Below are positions 61,389-64,000 of a stretch of DNA of 64,000 nt, in pieces (positions within the stretch are counted from its first letter, which is position 1; each line of letters starts with the position of its first letter). A model generated the notes under the pieces. It saw nothing but the letters and a program-made list of their open reading frames with translations, ran no database searches and was not told where the DNA came from. A program made the translations under genes and the position numbers. This DNA is from an uncultured delta proteobacterium (GTDB lineage: Bacteria; Myxococcota; Myxococcia; Myxococcales; Myxococcaceae), in contig CAWCKH010000004.1 in the NCBI GenBank assembly GCA_963796055.1, positions 3,264,001-3,328,000 of the forward strand, in the 5' to 3' direction.

Positions 61389-62377
61389 CCGAGCCGCAGA
61401 TCCAGCGCTACGCCCGGCAGGTGCTGCTCCGCGACGTCGGCGAGCGTGGCCAGCAGGCGCTGGGGGCGGTCGGCGTCGCCGTCGAGCTCCCCCACGACGT
61501 GGCGAGCGCCGCGGCCGCGTACCTCCGCGCCGGCGGCACCGAGGTCCAGCTCGCTTCCGAGGGCGCACCCGCCTGGGCCCGCACCGCGCCCCTGCTCGCC
61601 TCCGCGCCGGTCGACCGCCTCCAGGCCCTCGCCGCTCCGGGTGCGCCGGAGCGCGGGGGCGTGGTGCTTGGTGCCCAGGGCGCCGCACAGGTGCTGTGGT
61701 CGATCGGCGAGGATGCTTGCCCGGGCTGTCTGCGTGGCGCCACCCGCGGCCTCGCTCCGCCCGCCCAGGAGAACTTCGCGAGCGTCCAGCTCGGCACCCT
61801 GGTCGCGCTGCTGGTGCAGCGGCGCGCGCTCGGACTCGCGCCGGCGATCGAGGGGCTCCGGGTGGACGCGTCCGGCGCCCTCTCCACGCTCGTCGCTCCC
61901 GCCTGCACGCACCGGCCGCCGCTCGTCCCGGAGCCGGTGCTCGCCGAGCTCGTCGCCCACCTCACGGCCGCGCTGCCGGACGAGGGGTGCGCGGTGCTGC
62001 TGGGGCGGGAGGAGGCCGTCCGCCTCGTGCCGATGCAGAACGCCCAGGCCGCCCACCACGCGCGCGATCCGGAGACGTTTCCGCGCTCCGCACGCCACGC
62101 GTTCAGCCTCGACCCGCGCGCCTGGCTGGCGCTGCTCCGGAAGGTCGACCGGACCGGTGAGCGTGTCCTGGCGATTGCCCACTCGCATCCCGATGGCAGC
62201 AGGCGCTTCTCGGCCGAGGACCGGCGGTGGGCAGCACCCGGCGGCCAGCCGCTCCTGCCGGGCGTGGCGCACCTCGTCGTGGCCTTCGAGAACGGCCAAC
62301 CACGGGGCGGCTGCTGGGCCGTGTGGGCCGATGGTGACTTCCTCGAGACCGACTGTCCGCTGCCGCGCCGAACCTGA
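61382..62377 (+). CDS. Fusion of a degenerate ThiF/E1-like domain and a JAB/MPN+ (JAMM) metalloprotease
   Basis: N-terminal LTEPQIQRYARQVLLRDVGERGQQAL without GxGxxG, ACPGC; C-terminal PDEGCAVL...HSHPDGSRRFSAED (E...HxHx7Sx2D). Confidence 0.8.
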   Translation: MLTEPQIQRYARQVLLRDVGERGQQALGAVGVAVELPHDVASAAAAYLRAGGTEVQLASEGAPAWARTAPLLASAPVDRLQALAAPGAPERGGVVLGAQGAAQVLWSIGEDACPGCLRGATRGLAPPAQENFASVQLGTLVALLVQRRALGLAPAIEGLRVDASGALSTLVAPACTHRPPLVPEPVLAELVAHLTAALPDEGCAVLLGREEAVRLVPMQNAQAAHHARDPETFPRSARHAFSLDPRAWLALLRKVDRTGERVLAIAHSHPDGSRRFSAEDRRWAAPGGQPLLPGVAHLVVAFENGQPRGGCWAVWADGDFLETDCPLPRRT

Positions 62378-62430
62378 ACGATTCCAAGCGCTTGCGGTCG
62401 TCCGCCGACAGTCGATTTCCGCGGTTCGAA

Positions 62431-62459
62431 TTGTCAAGGAAGCCGACTTCGTGTACACA
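62431..62459 (+). promoter_or_regulatory. Candidate sigma70 promoter upstream of cysC-larE
   Basis: TTGTCA-N17-TACACA in an AT-richer intergenic stretch. Confidence 0.35.
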
Positions 62460-62526
62460 CAAGCCTGCGCAGCGCCTGGGTTTTCATGCGCTGGTACGAA
62501 ACTTGCTCGCCACCCGCGGAGTGTTC

Positions 62527-63192
62527 ATGGCCCCGAACCAAGGCTTCACGCTCTGGCTGACCGGTATGTCCGGCGCCGGGAAAACGACCCTGGTCGACTA
62601 CATCGCCGCCCGGCTCCGCCAGGTGGCGCGTTCGGTGGAGGTGCTGGACGAGAACGACCTCGCCGAGGACCTCTGGGGCGGCACCGCGGACACCAAGGAG
62701 GAGCGGAACATCGGCGTGCGCCGGATGGGCCTCGTGGCCAACCTCCTGACTCGCAACCAGGTCGCGACCCTGGTGGCCTCGGTCAGTCCGTACAAGGCTG
62801 CGCGCGAGGAGAACCGGCGTCTCATCGGCCGCTACCTCGAGGTCTACGTCGATTGCCCCACCGAGAAGCTCATCCAGCGCGACTCGACCGGCAAGTACAA
62901 GAAGGCGCTCGCCGGGGAGATTCCCAACTTCGTGGGGATCACCGAGCCCTACGAGCCGCCCTCCTCGCCGGAGGTCACCATTCGCTCGGACGTGGAGTCG
63001 GTGGAGTCGGGAGCGCTCCGCATCTTCCAGGCGCTGCTGGACATGGGGAACGTCACCCCGGAGGAGCTGAGGGTCATCACCGGCAAGCGGATGAAGGCGA
63101 GCCCGCCGGCGCGAAAGGGCGCGCGCGCGCGGCCGGTCGCCCGGGCGGCCCGGGTCGCCAAGCCGCGCAAGGCCGGCAAGGGCAAGCGCTGA
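62527..63192 (+). CDS. cysC: Adenylyl-sulfate kinase-like protein with basic C-terminal tail
   Basis: WLTGMSGAGKTT, VSPY..AR, EVYVDCP, YKKALAGEIPNFVGI..PYEPP. Confidence 0.85.
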   Translation: MAPNQGFTLWLTGMSGAGKTTLVDYIAARLRQVARSVEVLDENDLAEDLWGGTADTKEERNIGVRRMGLVANLLTRNQVATLVASVSPYKAAREENRRLIGRYLEVYVDCPTEKLIQRDSTGKYKKALAGEIPNFVGITEPYEPPSSPEVTIRSDVESVESGALRIFQALLDMGNVTPEELRVITGKRMKASPPARKGARARPVARAARVAKPRKAGKGKR

Positions 63193-63214
63193 CCGCGGGC
63201 GGAGTCCGGCAGCC

Positions 63215-64000
63215 GTGCTGACGTCCGCGCAGTGGCAGTCGCTGGTCGAGCGGAGCGCGCCGAAGCTCGTCCGGCTCCGCGAGGAGCTGCGGGGGCTCGG
63301 CTCGGCGCTGGTTGCGTTCTCCGGCGGAGTGGACAGCACCTTCGTCCTGCGCATCGCCCGGGACGAGCTCGCCGAGCGGGCGGTGGCGTTGACCGCCATC
63401 TCGGCGAGCGTCGCCCCGGAAGAGAAGCGCGAGGCGGAGGCGCTGGCGGCGGAGATGGGTGTCCGCCACCTCTCGGTCGACTCCGACGAGGTGAGCGATC
63501 CCCGCTACGCCGCCAACCCCACCAACCGCTGCTACTTCTGCAAGAGCGAGCTGTACACGCTGTGCACCGGGTGGGCGCGGCAGCTGGGGCTGGCGGCCAT
63601 CGTCGACGGGTTCAACGCCGACGACCTGCGCGACCACCGGCCGGGGCACCAGGCGGCGGCCGAGCAGGCGATCCGCTCGCCGCTGGCCGAGGTGGGGCTG
63701 ACCAAGGACGAGATCCGCGCCCACTCCCGCGCGCTCGGGCTGCGCACCTGGGACAAGCCGCAGATGCCCTGTCTGGCGTCGCGCATTCCTTACGGAACGG
63801 CGGTCACGGCCGAGCGGCTGGTGCAGATCGGCAACGCCGAGTCGGACCTGCGCGCGGCGGGGCTGCGCAACTTCCGGGTCCGGTACCACGGGGACATCGC
63901 CCGGCTGGAGGTGGCGGCCGACGAGCAGCACCGCTTCGCCGACCCCGAGTTCCGCGTGCGCATCCACCAGGCGCTCCGGGCCCGGGGCTTCACCTACGTG
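63215..64000 (+). CDS. larE: ATP-dependent sacrificial sulfur transferase LarE family (3'-partial)
   Basis: Not in the ORF track because it has no stop in the window. Translation gives AFSGGVDST PP-loop, NPTNRCYFCK, DGFNADD...RPG, CLASRIPYG, FRVRYHGDIARLEV. Confidence 0.9.
   Translation, partial: MLTSAQWQSLVERSAPKLVRLREELRGLGSALVAFSGGVDSTFVLRIARDELAERAVALTAISASVAPEEKREAEALAAEMGVRHLSVDSDEVSDPRYAANPTNRCYFCKSELYTLCTGWARQLGLAAIVDGFNADDLRDHRPGHQAAAEQAIRSPLAEVGLTKDEIRAHSRALGLRTWDKPQMPCLASRIPYGTAVTAERLVQIGNAESDLRAAGLRNFRVRYHGDIARLEVAADEQHRFADPEFRVRIHQALRARGFTYV

Overview
Very GC-rich bacterial chromosomal DNA, most likely from a myxobacterium (Myxococcota), judged from two CglB gliding-adhesin genes and the myxobacterial-type hypothetical proteins. 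Most of the window is core genome: coaE, engB, pyrD, folD, lgt, metF, gcvTHP, asd, hrpB, rimK-like, rlmB, six tRNAs, and the tuf-rpmG-secE-nusG-rplKA-rplJL-rpoBC cluster. pyrD, metF, hrpB and tuf each carry a single-base frameshift and a CAAX protease carries two; these look like read/consensus indel errors. No CRISPR array, integrase or transposase is visible. The most interesting features are: (1) a sulfur-relay/ubiquitin-like-system cluster at the right end, in which two ThiF/E1-like genes show complementary degeneration, resembling a heterodimeric E1. One has the ATP loop and catalytic Cys but lacks the N-terminal RYxRQ arginine-finger helix; the other keeps RYARQ, lacks the ATP loop and is fused to an intact JAB/JAMM protease. 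TusA, a CysC-like kinase and LarE flank them. (2) A tandem pair of cglB paralogs. (3) An insert of about 2.6 kb between rplA and rplJ, holding exported msrA-msrB, a decayed TrxB-like remnant and an unexplained imperfect inverted repeat of about 240 nt built from a 16-mer motif.
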